Source: Amoebophrya sp. A120 (Eukaryota > Protista > Dinoflagellata). From it: a DNA stretch of 23,241 nt. Shown here piece after piece: positions 1 to 10,661 of this stretch. The stretch spans positions 1-23,241 of the forward strand of contig CAJINV010000041.1 in the NCBI GenBank assembly GCA_905178155.1. Reading direction: 5' to 3'. Within the stretch, counting starts at the first letter, position 1, and the number at the start of each line of letters is the position of its first letter. Both the position numbers and the translations under genes were made by a program. The notes under the pieces were generated by a model. That model saw nothing but the letters and a program-made list of their open reading frames with translations, did not search any database and was not told the origin of the DNA.

Positions 1-86
1 ACCTCTGCCGCCGGCGGAGGTTACATTTGGAGGCGCACCTCCCGGGCACACCAGAATTCTAACCCGCACCGTCGGCGCGGGTCATA

Positions 87-293
87 CGGGCGTCCCCTGG
101 GACAGGTGCATTAGCCACCACTGGTGGCTAATGCGAGCGTCTCCAGGGACGGGTGCATTAGCCACCGCTGGTGGCCAATGCGGGCGTCCCCGGGGACGGG
201 TGCATTAGCCACCACTGGTGGCCGATGCGGGCGTCCCCAGGGACAGGTGCATTAGCCACCACTGGTGGCTAATGCGGGCGTCCCCAGGGACGG
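87..293. repeat. 47-bp tandem repeat (about 4.4 copies) of two alternating palindromes
   Basis: GCATTAGCCACC recurs at 108, 155, 202 and 249. The consensus unit holds GCATTAGCCACCA-C-TGGTGGCTAATGC and CGTCCC-NN-GGGAC. Confidence 0.95.
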
Positions 294-355
294 GAGAATG
301 CGAGCGTCCTCAGGGAGGGTCGGAGAGTGTCGTGCTGTTTAGCGTCCAGAAAAGT

Positions 356-381
356 CAAATGGCGCACATGTGCGCCATTTG
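356..381. repeat. Perfect 26-bp palindrome
   Basis: CAAATGGCGCACATGTGCGCCATTTG, with imperfect extension to about 345-392. Confidence 0.9.
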
Positions 382-1493
382 GATTTTTCGGAGCCCAAGC
401 AGCACGTCACTCTGCTATTTCGCACTCGCTGCTACCAGCAGTGACTCCGGTCCGTCGGGTTGGTTTGAAGGAAACGCAAACATGGCAGCATGTAACGCTG
501 TTTAGCTGTATATAGAAGAAGAAAGGCGATTACCTAAGACGGACTTTAGCACAGGAGCCGGCCGAAGGGCTCACATTTAGCGTACCGCATCACGTAGCAC
601 GAGACATGCATGCGCACGTCCGTTACTAGATTTTCGCGCCCTGTCGTGTCGTGCATCGGCGTTATCGGAAGTTTGTTGTTTCCCTGCCGGAAGTAGATTA
701 AACTCTGCCGCGGCTGTTCCGCTACTAAGGTTGTGACAGAGTCGAAAGAGGGAACGAAAACCCGCGTTGAGTGGACAGACAAGCAAAACGAACATCACAT
801 ACCACACAGCAGGACAACCTGCCAAAGACTACTCGGGTTAGTATCGAACGCGCTAAGTTTTACCGTACATACCATTACCTGCGCACTAGGCAGCCAGCAC
901 TAAGCGCGATCCGACTTTTAAAGCGAATGATGGCTGAGTGTTCTTTCCCGATGTTCAAAAAGTGCAACGTGGCCTCTTCATGCAACAGAAATATTAATGA
1001 ATCCTGCGTAAAAGACCTACTCTGTGTTTTGTCGTAGATGTTGGTATACCCACTTTCTCGTGAGCGGCAATGCCGTTTCTTTGATATTACGATAAGATAT
1101 TGCTTCTGCTCGTCTTTGAAGATTTCTGCTGATGTTATAAACCCCAAAACAGTATGTTGGTCCTAGTCTTTACCCAAGAATACCAAGCTTATGCGGACTT
1201 TCTTTTTTATATGTCCCTGCCAACGTGGCCCCTGGCGCACATACAACCAGCACCCTTCTTCATCATTTCGCAAAACAAATCACTCACACTTTAGGACAGG
1301 GCGAGGCGTGTCGAAATAGAGATGAGATGTTGCAGCGTGTAGTCAGAACACTTCAGTATAGGTCAATCATTGAGACCTAATTCGATGAAAGATGCGACAC
1401 CGGTTTGGCATACTCTCTCTCCAGAACGTACCGTCGTGCCGATGCAAGGTCTGATCTTCCCGTAGTTCCGGAGGAGTTTCTAAGCACGCGGTC

Positions 1494-1761
1494 ATATCAA
1501 ATGCAAATATGGCTGGGTCTGGAAAAATGCATAAGTTTGTCATGCATATTCTGCAGCAGGTAGCTGGTCTGGAATGCAAATCGGACAACACAGATTTTAC
1601 GAACGCTTCATGATGCCGACCCCGCATAAAAACTTCGCCCTTCACGTAGCTAAAATTGAGCTGCTTCTAGTACTCCCGCAACATAGATTTTTGGCTGCTC
1701 CAGAATCAGCATGACAAGTTGGAAGCCTTCCAGACCCACACGTGTTTGCATTGGATAAGTC
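1494..1761. mobile_element. MITE-like/introner element, family B
   Basis: Left arm TATCAAATGCAAATATGGCTGGGTCTGGAA..TTGTCATGC; right arm GCATGACAA..TTCCAGACCCACACGTGTTTGCATTGGATA; DR GTC. Interior resembles 12196-12467. Host reading frame unresolved. Confidence 0.75.
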
Positions 1762-1821
1762 CGAGGCAATACTCCATCATTTCCGTGCGCGGCCTGCTAA
1801 TCCGTCGTCACCAACCAAGAG

Positions 1822-4591
1822 ATGCCGTCCTCACCAACAAGAAATCAGAATGTCAACGACCTGGATCGAGGGAATCCGTTCGTGAAAAGAACTAATCCAG
1901 GAAACGAGCAGAAAGGCGAACACAACGACGGCAGGTAAAACTCTTGACAGTGATAGATTTTCATTCAAACTTATACTGCGCAAATGTCGAAGACTTTTGG
2001 TGTCCAAGGATGCAACAGGAACGTCGAATGCCCAAACTCCAACCGCAGATTGCCAAAAAACCCGCTCGGATGGGGAACACCACCGCCAGCATTGAACCCA
2101 TCTGGGGACAACCAACCAGGAGCTGCTGTGGTCCTGACAACAAATGCCACGTCCTCTTCCATCAGCAGAATCAGGCCACCGACACCCCGAGCCGCTCTGC
2201 AGAGATTATTCAACTGCCAACACCTTTTCAGCCCCACTTTCGTGCAAATTATTGAGCTTGTAAAAAAACGACACTTTATTTCAGCGTTACTTTGTCATGA
2301 CTTTTATACATAGTGAAGTTCGGATTGGAAAGGTGTTCGTTGGTATAAGACGGTGCCTCCGCGGGGCGAGGAGCCGTGCCTGCCGGCGGCGCTACGCCAA
2401 GGCCCAGGGGTTCAACGTATCGAAATATTTCTAAGTGACATTTCTTTTCTGCTACATCATGCACTGCATAAGTATTCGCCGCATGAATCATGAATGAAGA
2501 TATTTACGTATGTTTTCATGAAGATCCCCATGACTACACAATGCTTCAATAACTACCACAGCCTTCCGTCACCGTCATTGGCCGATCCACCGCGACGCAA
2601 CGTTTCCATTCCAAGGGCAGCGGGTTCCTCTGCAGCGGGTATGAAAATCAAATTACTCATGGCCGTCGGCTGCACGAGACAGGAATTTTCGACAGTTGTG
2701 TCATGCGAAAACTGTTACTAATCAGCGAGGACACCAAAAACTATATGTGTGGCGAAAGGAAATGCATACGGGCAAGTTTGGTTTTCATACGCCGCTCCTC
2801 TTCGAATCCGGTAATGGGAGGAAACGCCGTGTCTACGCAGTCTCTAATCCCAGCTCCCGGAACGAGGACGCCGATTATCCCACTCCAAAATCCCTCCAGG
2901 CCCCGTGCTGAGCCTGAGCCAGTCTGCCTTGCATGAAGCATGCATGAGTTAGATGTAAAAGTGAGAATGCGTCTCGACAGAAATTGGTTTGTAAAACACG
3001 AAAAAGCAAGTTTGTGTTGCGGGTTCGTGTTCAGCATGACAAATGTGCAGATGCGGGCTCGGGGTGGAGGCAATCTTCAGTGGCATGATAAGAACTGCTA
3101 CCTCCGCTTGGGGGGCACCGCAAAACCCGTTTGCGAACTCTACTAGTGCATCTTCCAGTTCTTCCAGTTCCTCCAGTTCCTCTAGTTCCTCCAGTTCCTC
3201 CGCTGCAGCTGGAACTCTGTCGAACTTGCGCACTATGCTATTGAAAAATGCTTGCATAGCGTATACTAGATTTGCCATGTAGTCATGTACAGTGCTCTCA
3301 TGCTGTGACGAATGATAGCAAAGAAAGATAAATCCTCGTACTGTGCAATCATTTTTTCCTATGACCCGACACGGATCGTCGCTGCTCTCCGGGCCCAATT
3401 ACCTGAGACAAACTGCATCTTCCGCGGCCAAGCACACAAGAGCCGTCGGAAGTACGGACGAACCGGCAGTACTAGCAGGTGAACTACAACAAGATGTCAG
3501 CATGCTAGATCCCATGCTGGTGGACGAAGAGCAGGGTGTCCCAGTGGGAGGTGTACAGCAGGTATGGAAACCGTTTTACACTGCGCAATGATGATGTAAT
3601 CGATGAGTAGATGAGGCTGGATGGAGATCAACTAAAATTTTTCCACATAAACCAAACTTTTTGAAAAAATATCAGGTCAACGACGCTGCAGCGGCCCCGA
3701 TGCAGGCCGACACTGCAATCGCCTTTGTCACGGAGGAGGATAGCGGAGGCTCGAAAAGCAGCAGTCCGAAACTGAGGCGGACTTTGCAGGCTGCACGAGA
3801 TCAGCGAAGAGCCGAGGCATTGTCGGGCACGTAATTTCTTGTTCATTTTCGCACCTATATCAAGAAAGGCTCTGGTGATTTCAAGCGAAAAAGAGCATAA
3901 AGCCAAACGGCATATGAGAAGCATACCGCATGATCCCGTTGATATGCTGTCGCGGTTCGGATTTCCGGTCTGACACATCAATCCAAAATACGTATAACAG
4001 GCCCGTCGGTTTGCCACAGCAGGAAGCGCCTCCGGCTCGAGGGATATCAAAACAGCCCCGCACAGTCGCAATGAATGCACGAGAAGGCTGGGAGAATGTA
4101 GTATATTTCTTGGTGTTGCATGTTGGAGGAGGTAGTGCTGTTGCGACAACAACTTTGCATCAGGACATTAGAGCAGGAACATTTTTGTTGCAAAGAAGAG
4201 TTTTGTCGTGCAAAAATCTATTTGATTGCCTCGGCTTCGATTGCGGCGGCCGTCTTTCGTTGCATACCCGCTGGAACCACGACCCGCAGACTCCAGTGAA
4301 GGAACCTCCCTCCTGCTCTCGTCCTCGTCGGACGAGGACAACAACAGCTCGTCCGCTATCCAAAGAAAGATGATTCGGTCCACCTACTGTAACAAAAAAA
4401 CATTTGTCACTTCGGCAGTGTCACTGTTGCTGCAGCGCATGACATGATCGAAATGAATGCGCAGCATTTTTATTTGTACGTGCTAGAAGAGAGCGCAGAA
4501 GGGTTTTGTGTTGCATGTGGACCAACAATTTTTCCCTCGTGATACCGCCAGTCGAAAGTGCGAACCCCCCAGTTTCCGGTGGACAGGTCGG
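1822..4591 (+). CDS. Probable 5' exons of gene 1 (Ser/Pro/Ala-rich, low complexity); start and some frames uncertain
   Basis: Short GC-richer open segments lie between IR/DR elements. In-frame joins include ...ATPRP|MTTQCF (DR CCCA), ...AGSS|SNPVMGG (DR TCCTCT) and VQQ|VNDAAAAP (GT-AG 3562-3675). ATG 1822 has an upstream in-frame stop. Several joins allow more than one frame. Confidence 0.4.
2206..2350. mobile_element. IR/DR-bounded putative non-canonical intron
   Basis: TTATTCAACTGCCAACACCTTTT pairs with GAAAGGTGTTCGTTGGTATAA; DR AGA. Confidence 0.65.
2407..2530. mobile_element. IR/DR-bounded putative non-canonical intron
   Basis: GGGGTTCA..ACGTA..AAATAT pairs with ATATTTACGT..TGAAGATCCCC; DR CCCA; open join. 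Confidence 0.55.
2632..2801. mobile_element. IR/DR-bounded putative non-canonical intron
   Basis: GTATGAAAATCAAA pairs with TTTGGTTTTCATAC; 6-bp DR TCCTCT; excision fuses the frames of ORFs 2494 and 2703. Confidence 0.75.
2875..3090. mobile_element. IR-bounded putative intron
   Basis: TTATCCCACTCCAAAATCCCTCCA pairs with TGGAGGCAATCTTCAGTGGCATGATAA; exact junction unclear. Confidence 0.55.
3150..3201 (+). repeat. 9-bp (TCCAGTTCY)n minisatellite, probably encoding poly-Ser
   Basis: About 5 tandem copies; reads as a Ser run on the + strand. Confidence 0.8.
3562..3675 (+). other. Canonical GT-AG intron (114 bp) with CAGGT duplicated at both ends
   Basis: CAG|GTATGG...ATCAG|GTC; in-frame join. 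Confidence 0.6.
4357..4548. mobile_element. IR/DR-bounded putative non-canonical intron
   Basis: TATCC..GGTCCAC..TGTAACA pairs with TGTTGCA..GTGGACC..GATA; DR CCGC abuts both termini. Confidence 0.75.
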
Positions 4592-4788
4592 TGCGGCACC
4601 AAATAACGACGCGCGGGTAAAAATATATTTTGCACGCATGCTGGCAAAGCCGGGACTTAATGAAGACGAAGATGAACCTATTTCTAATGTTTACGTAATA
4701 AACCTCATCATCTTCCCAATGTAATGCTTACAACGAAACACTCTTTCATCCTGTTGTTCACGACGAGCACAATAATACCACAGGTCGG

Positions 4789-7574
4789 AGTCGAGGTCCC
4801 ACTCTACACGGCGGAAGAACTGTTCTCCAGATTGTCCCCCATACCAACTGCAAATATTTGCGAGTCTGTCAAGTTGTCATTCTGCTTTACGGAAGATACC
4901 ATACACGGCGACCGATGCTCAACAAGATATGGTGACGCATTGAAAATCCTACGTGTTATTGCCTCCTCCGCATGATGAATCACAGGTGTGTATGACGGAG
5001 CAATCGTAGCTTGTTGGAAAGTAGTACATCATAAAACTTACAGCGCATTGCAAATGATCATGCAGCATTTTCCTAGCCCTCGAAATATTTGCAATGCATA
5101 TGCCGAGGAGCGGGGCCACTACGACGACTGGCAGACGAAGCTCGACGAGCTGGAGATATCATCACAGAAAGTAGCACCTTCACGTACTCGAAAAGACTTT
5201 GAAAGGCATGCTTTGTACGCACGAGTCGAATTGTCATGTTGTAGGAGACACGAGGCATACCTACCAGAGCCCACTTTGCAACGAGTAAGCACATGACAAA
5301 CACGCCTGTTGCGTGTCACGGAGCAACAGAAATCATGTGCGCAAGCAGATGCACTGTGCTAGCATTGCCGTACCACTGCAAGATGGTGAACTATCTTGGC
5401 CGAATATCTAGCACTATAAAGTCGCGTTCGAGAACGGCCGCGCCCGACTTTTTCCAACCATAGGACAAGATCAAGGAAGAAATCACGACAACCGCTGCCA
5501 AAGCAGAACACGTAGTCAAGCTGGCTGATGACGATGCAAAAGAATCCACGAGGGAACTGGCCAACGGAGAACGGTCCTGGACCAAGGACAAAGAGCTCCG
5601 GGTGCGCCGCAAAGACGAAAAGATCGAACTATGCCCAACAACGAGGGGACAGGCTACTATCGCGGTCGGGGTTAGTAGGTCTTCTACATTTGAAATGTTG
5701 CAGTCATGTGTACCAGGAAAAGCGACTCAAGCGATGGCATATTATTAAGGAGGCATAGTTATCTAATTTGCATGTATAGAAACATGGCTGTGAATTCCAG
5801 ATGAAGAAACGAAGACCACGATAGCTGATGGCTCTTTCTCCAGTCCATACATGGAGCAGAAGCTAAAGGCAGTCACGCCGAGACACTCAAACAGGCCGAC
5901 AGTCAAAACCCCTCGGGGGTCCTATACGCCCAAAGCTGGCCAAACTGCGGAAAGATATCATGCGGAAAAAAATGCAGTTCCTGAGGTATGAATCCATGTG
6001 TGTCATCGATCATGCAGAACAAGAAAAATATGCTTTGCAAAGGAGGACGACGCCTTGTTTCGCAGATCACGTCCGCAGCACTGCAGTGTGTAATGAGAGA
6101 TCCAGAAAGCCATATCCCAAAAAACAGCCGCCCCACCGCGGCACTGCTACTTCTTTCCGTGTGATAAATTAAAAGCAAAGGCCGAAGAGGCACGACGCAG
6201 AGCCAACCTGACGCCGCTGCAACTGGGCCAGGAGGATCGATATCAGTTTGCAGAATGTACCCGCTCCATATGTGGAAGAGTCTATTCAGTGACAGTCCTG
6301 CTGCGAGGCATGATGTACTTGTGAGGAATATAGCATGGAATGCACTTTTGTGTCCCCACCACCACAAGGAAAATGATGCGAATGGTTTGCCAAAGCGCTC
6401 GTCGGGGAGTGTCACTGGCAAGACATTCTTGCGTGAGGAGATAACAGCGGGGCAGCTTTCTCCTGGATAGTTAGGACAAGCAAATCAAAAAAATGGAACG
6501 AACCCGTAACAACATACGCGAGGAATACCCACCGGAATTTCTAACAGAACTCCGGGAGAAGAACGTCAAGCTGCAGCAAGCCCTGGAGGATGCAAAAGCG
6601 AAGCTCGCCAAGGCGAAAGAAGAGATCACAAAACTCCAGCAGAAACTGCGGGAAAAGGAAGCGGAGATAGAGAATCTACGTAGCAGACTCGGCAAATTGC
6701 AGCACGCCGTGCAAAAGTATGTTACTGATTTTTGATAACACAGCGCCAAAGATATGTTCGGCCATGGTGATGATCTGGCACAGAAAGAACACTGCAGAAC
6801 TTTGGCTGTGCAACATGCTAGGTTGTGTAACTTATGCGTCTCTAAGTACAAAGAATAAGAAACTCAAAGCAGCGAGCAACAGCACTATTATCTCCAAAAA
6901 TCCTACTATCTCTCCAGGCACTTCCAAATGAACCCGCGGTCTAGGCAGCAGTCGAAAGATATCAGTGAGGACTTGTACCGCAAGTTAAAATGGCCCCACC
7001 TCCTCGAACAGAAGCGTAGTGCTTTCCGCTAACTTCTGTTTATGACAGCATTCAGTTAGTAAAAAATCCATGACTTACTTCTTACTTATAGCAGGTTTGA
7101 GTGTGGCTGCATTGCCCGAGAACGTGCATGCATTCGAGGTCTGGAAACAAGAACTAGGCATGTATTCGAGGTGTGGGCCATTTTGCGGGACGATAACTAC
7201 GAGAAGAAGGAACGGGACATCGACACCGCGATGAAGAACAAAATCAACTCTGCGATCAAGCTCATATTTTCTGCCTGCTTCGAAGGTGGAGAGGACCACA
7301 AGCTGAACCACAAGGCCTACAAAGAGGCGAAACGCACGTTCCGGCGGGCGCGGGTAATACCTCTTGCAAAAGTATCGTAGACTACTTGTACAAATTGCAA
7401 CTCTGCATCGATGAATGCCTTTTCTTACTGTTTCCAGCGCTCTAAATTTCGCTACTTTCTGCGCCCAAATTTTTTATCGGGCAATTTGTACACCTACTGC
7501 GACCCTTTTGTAATGCATACGAAGAGGCGCTGTTGGAAAAGGTCGAGGATTCGAAGCGCAGGAAGATAGGGTGA
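4789..7574 (+). CDS. Gene 1 core: multi-exon coiled-coil protein of unknown function
   Basis: Removing 4841-5104, 5155-5465, 5639-5933, 5955-6175, 6237-6476, 6719-6985, 7015-7206 and 7354-7520 gives one frame: ...LFSRLSP|EERGHYDDWQTKLDEL|DKIKEEI...KIELCP|KLAKLRK|AKAEEARRR...GQE|DKQIKKMERTRNN...HAVQK|LKWPHLLEQK|KERDIDTAMK...RRAR|EEALLEKVEDSKRRKIG*. Contains the heptad-rich ORF 6493-6735. First and last joins are the least certain. Confidence 0.75.
4841..5104. mobile_element. Introner, family B
   Basis: TGCAAATATTTGCGAG pairs with CTCGAAATATTTGCA; short DR (CC). Confidence 0.7.
5155..5465. mobile_element. IR/DR-bounded putative non-canonical intron
   Basis: CGTACTCGAAAAGACTTT pairs with AAAGTCGCGTTCGAGAACG; DR GGA; join EL|DKIKEE. 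Confidence 0.7.
5639..5933. mobile_element. IR/DR-bounded putative non-canonical intron
   Basis: CGAGGGG pairs with CCCCTCG; 6-bp DR GCCCAA; in-frame join. Confidence 0.65.
5955..6175. mobile_element. IR/DR-bounded putative non-canonical intron
   Basis: TATCATGCGGAAAAAAATGCAGT pairs with ACTGCTACTTCTTTCCGTGTGATA; DR AAAG; join LRK|AKAEE. Confidence 0.8.
6237..6476. mobile_element. Introner, family A-like
   Basis: Left arm TATCAGTTTGCAGAATGTACCCGCTCC; right end ..GGATA; DR AGGA; join GQE|DKQIKKM. Confidence 0.75.
6719..6985. mobile_element. IR/DR-bounded putative non-canonical intron
   Basis: AAGTATGTTACTGAT pairs with ATCAGTGAGGACTT; DR AAGT. The nearby GT-AG choice (6717-6984) would create an immediate stop. 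Confidence 0.65.
7015..7206. mobile_element. IR/DR-bounded putative non-canonical intron
   Basis: CGTAGT..TCCGC pairs with GCGGG..ACTACG; 5-bp DR AGAAG directly flanks the IR. Confidence 0.8.
7354..7520. mobile_element. Short family-B-like introner (possibly GT..AC ends)
   Basis: TTGCAAAAGTATCGTAG..TGTACAAATTGC pairs with GCAATTTGTACA..CTGCGACCCTTTTGTAA. The right end matches 12449-12464 over 16 bp. Confidence 0.7.
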
Positions 7575-7984
7575 CCGCATCGGTGGTGAATGTGCTGACA
7601 ACTCTATTTGTAGTTGTGTGAGTAGTCATTTGCGTTTTCGAAGAAAACCGTCACATGAATTTACAAATCGGCATCTCTTTTGCTACCTATTGTCTAGTAG
7701 AAGAACTGACACTGCAGTTTGACATAATATCAGGAAGGGAACTGCAATACAATTTTCAAGAAAACAAAATTTTGGCTCGAGAGCCGACATCTATTCAGCA
7801 GCGCTAGCTTCAGATGAAAAAAATCACATTTAATTCTCCTAACTGTTTCAGAAAATTTTTTTTCCGGAAAGTGATGCAGGCACGAGGAACAAATCCTGGT
7901 TTGTACAAGCAGTAGTGTCGCCACTTGCGTACCTCGTTACAAAGTTACAGGCAAACAAATCAGCATAAGAAACTAAGACGTGAA

Positions 7985-10130
7985 TGGTTCCCGACGCCGT
8001 CCTGACAGGACGGTTGTCGCTTCGCGATTACCAACCAGAAGTGCAACACCTCGTGCGCATACGGATTGGTGTAAAAAGACAATGACAAGAACCACCAACT
8101 ATTGTAGCTGAAAACCCCATTGTACCAGCATTATGTAACGACTTCTATCCAAGAAATTATTAGCAATCATTTGTTTTTGTACAGGCGGCCGCTGAGGTTG
8201 CACACCCAGAAGATGCGCCACTGCCACAGTAAAGAGCCATGCAACAAAAAATAAAAGATCTACTAAGATATAATACCCCACGGATTGGTTGTATTGTGCA
8301 TAGGTATACCTTCTCAGAGTACTACAAATATATTCGAAGCTGTTTAATAGGAATAACTAGAACTGCGGGACACTCGAGGAGATTCATCGCGAACTCCGAT
8401 AAATTTTGCGACTCAATCAAGACAACTTAGCTTGAACGTCATCACAAACCTTTTCGAGAACGTAAGAAGGCGAAGATACCAGCAACAAAAATTGAAAACC
8501 AACCAACACCGTTTCAAATGGCAGTAAAACGCGTATTTTTCAATGCAGGATTCCAGGCACCAACGACCCTCGATGATGCGATACAACATAGGTTTCTGAC
8601 ATTAGAAGTTTCGGTTTGGGAAACAAAGCACGATCGCTTACAAAACGAAAATATTCAAAAAATAACCCTGTGGACAGCACTTTAAGTTTAGATGGCGAGT
8701 ACAAACTGGGTGGAATTTGTGCAAGGGACGAGACCGTTATAGTGCCATGTATCAAATTGAGATATTGTTGTCCCCACCTGGAAACTTTTTTGCAAAATGA
8801 AAATGTAAATGTGCAATATGGATGAACAAAAATCAGTGTCTCCCGTGTGGAACAATGTCCTGGCGGTTTCGATTGCCTGGCTCGAAAGCACGGTGACTTC
8901 GTATACTTACGTACACTGAGTACTTGTTCCTTAACCAACGAAAAAAGTCGGTCTCATTTACATGGAATCGCCCGCATGTCAACGTGAACATTCTGCTATT
9001 TTTACGAGTATAGAGGGGATGTTGGGCATCGGTTATGGCCGCACTTGGAAGCTCTGAACTACGACTAGTACAAACTGGTCAAACTACATTCACAATGAAA
9101 TCGAATAAGAAAATCTGTATTGCGGATTTGGAATATCTGAGAAAGTAGCAATTTCGGTTTTGTTCGGTCCGTATCAATGGTCAAAATTCTTGCGTGGACC
9201 ATCCCCCTCTCCATTTTTTTGAAATCGTCACATCTGGGTGGAATGTAAGTATCTAGTTGACGGAAAAAAGCACAAAGCGCTGATCGTTGTACGACTTAAT
9301 ACCGTTTTGCTATTCACACGCACCAACAGCCACGGAGCCCTTGCACTGCTGTACCGAAAAAGATGGACGTTGTGGGACCTAGACTCTCTTCGTCGTCCTT
9401 GCGGGGCTCATTCGTGGTTGCCTGCTGATAGCGCCCCCGCCACCTCCAGTGGCTGCGATATGGCCTCCCGGATCGGATGAAGTGTCTGTGAAGAGGTTTT
9501 GAGGCACCGTGTGCGAAAGATACGAAGTGTTTTATGATCGAAGAGGAGTACCTCTGCGGCAGGCCACACGGAGCGGAAGTACCTCAACCGCTGCCCAAGC
9601 GCCTCCAGCAGCATGAAGACCATGTAGAACTACCCGTAGCACACGATAGTTTCGAGCCACCTGAGGTGAACAAAAACCACGCGCGGCGCCGCTGTGTGAC
9701 GAAATGCAGGGCGAGCGTGGACGGCGGACGTGGGCGGATGTCCAAGGACGGCTACCTTACCGCGCGGGCCACTGAAATGCGACCTAGACCTTTCCTGCTG
9801 TGATGGAAGAAGGGAAAATTTTGTCATACCAGTCGAACTCCTTTCACTGGTCTTGCGGCACTGTGCCCTTGCGTATTAGAATGCACTCACGGTTGCGTTG
9901 ATGCTGGTAGCAAATTGCTGTACCAACCTTGACACCGAAATATGAGTATCAGACGCCGCCGCGGCAACGCAGGAAGGCAAGAGGAAACATGAGAAAAACA
10001 GAACGTGCGCTCTTCGTGCCCGTTTGTTTCGAAAGAAGATTTTATCGATTCTCGCTTTACGTTCGCCTCGATCCTCGCCTTCTTTTGGTCGCGTGACCAG
10101 GAATCAAAATCGAATCGCACATGGAAGTAG
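7985..10130 (+). CDS. Possible additional fragmented gene(s); structure not resolved
   Basis: Coding-like open stretches (7985-8085, 8431-8686, 9534-9630, 9950-10130) with IR pairs at about 8747/8965 and 9013/9210. No consistent spliced frame was obtained. Confidence 0.25.
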
Positions 10131-10661
10131 ATGTTCGAAAGAAATTACATCTTTCAGCACTGTAACTTTTGTTGCGATCTTTCAAGAAAGAGAGCGAGTG
10201 GTCGAGCGAGTGCGATTAGACATGAATTTTGTTGTTGTGCGTTCTTCTACGAGTGTAGATGATAAAGCGTGAAGGACCGAGTAGTCTTGTAGAAGTGTGT
10301 GAGAAGAATTATATGTGTTTCACGTCAAACAACGCATCATTTGCTTTCCGTTCCGAGCCATTAAGACCATTTACAATCTACCATTTACGCCTCTCTCCAT
10401 CAGAAGCACTACTCAGTTTAGTTAGTTACCCCACCCCCCTCTACTGCCTGAGTATCAGCCCTGAATAGAAACCGACTATCGCACCGGCTACGTAGTACAG
10501 CAGATCTGCTAGTGTGCTTTTTTCGCTCGGAAAAAAAAATGGTTTTGTATTGCTGTTGAACAATTTTCTACTGCGCTTCCTGTAGTTTCGTTCAGAGAAT
10601 AATACTAGCTGTGGTGTCCTCGTTAGAAACTGTTCGAACCTGCGTCTAATACTCTTGCACT

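Noticed and set aside
87-293. CRISPR-like array of palindromic repeats
   Set aside because: The intervening sequences are also repeated, so there are no unique spacers. No cas genes, and the context is eukaryotic.
2949-3398. Minus-strand ORF with an ELEELEELE run
   Set aside because: Antisense reading of a poly-Ser minisatellite; it crosses foldback elements.
4900-5030. Kinase-like GVYDGAIVACWK segment
   Set aside because: Lies inside a family-B element, and no other kinase motifs are present.
6717-7440. Plant-like gene model with short GT-AG introns
   Set aside because: Tried first. It gave stops or arbitrary frames and ignored the IR/DR structure that gives clean joins.
9805-9870. F-box-like IPVELLSLVLRH
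   Set aside because: Too short, and the frame and exon status are unresolved.
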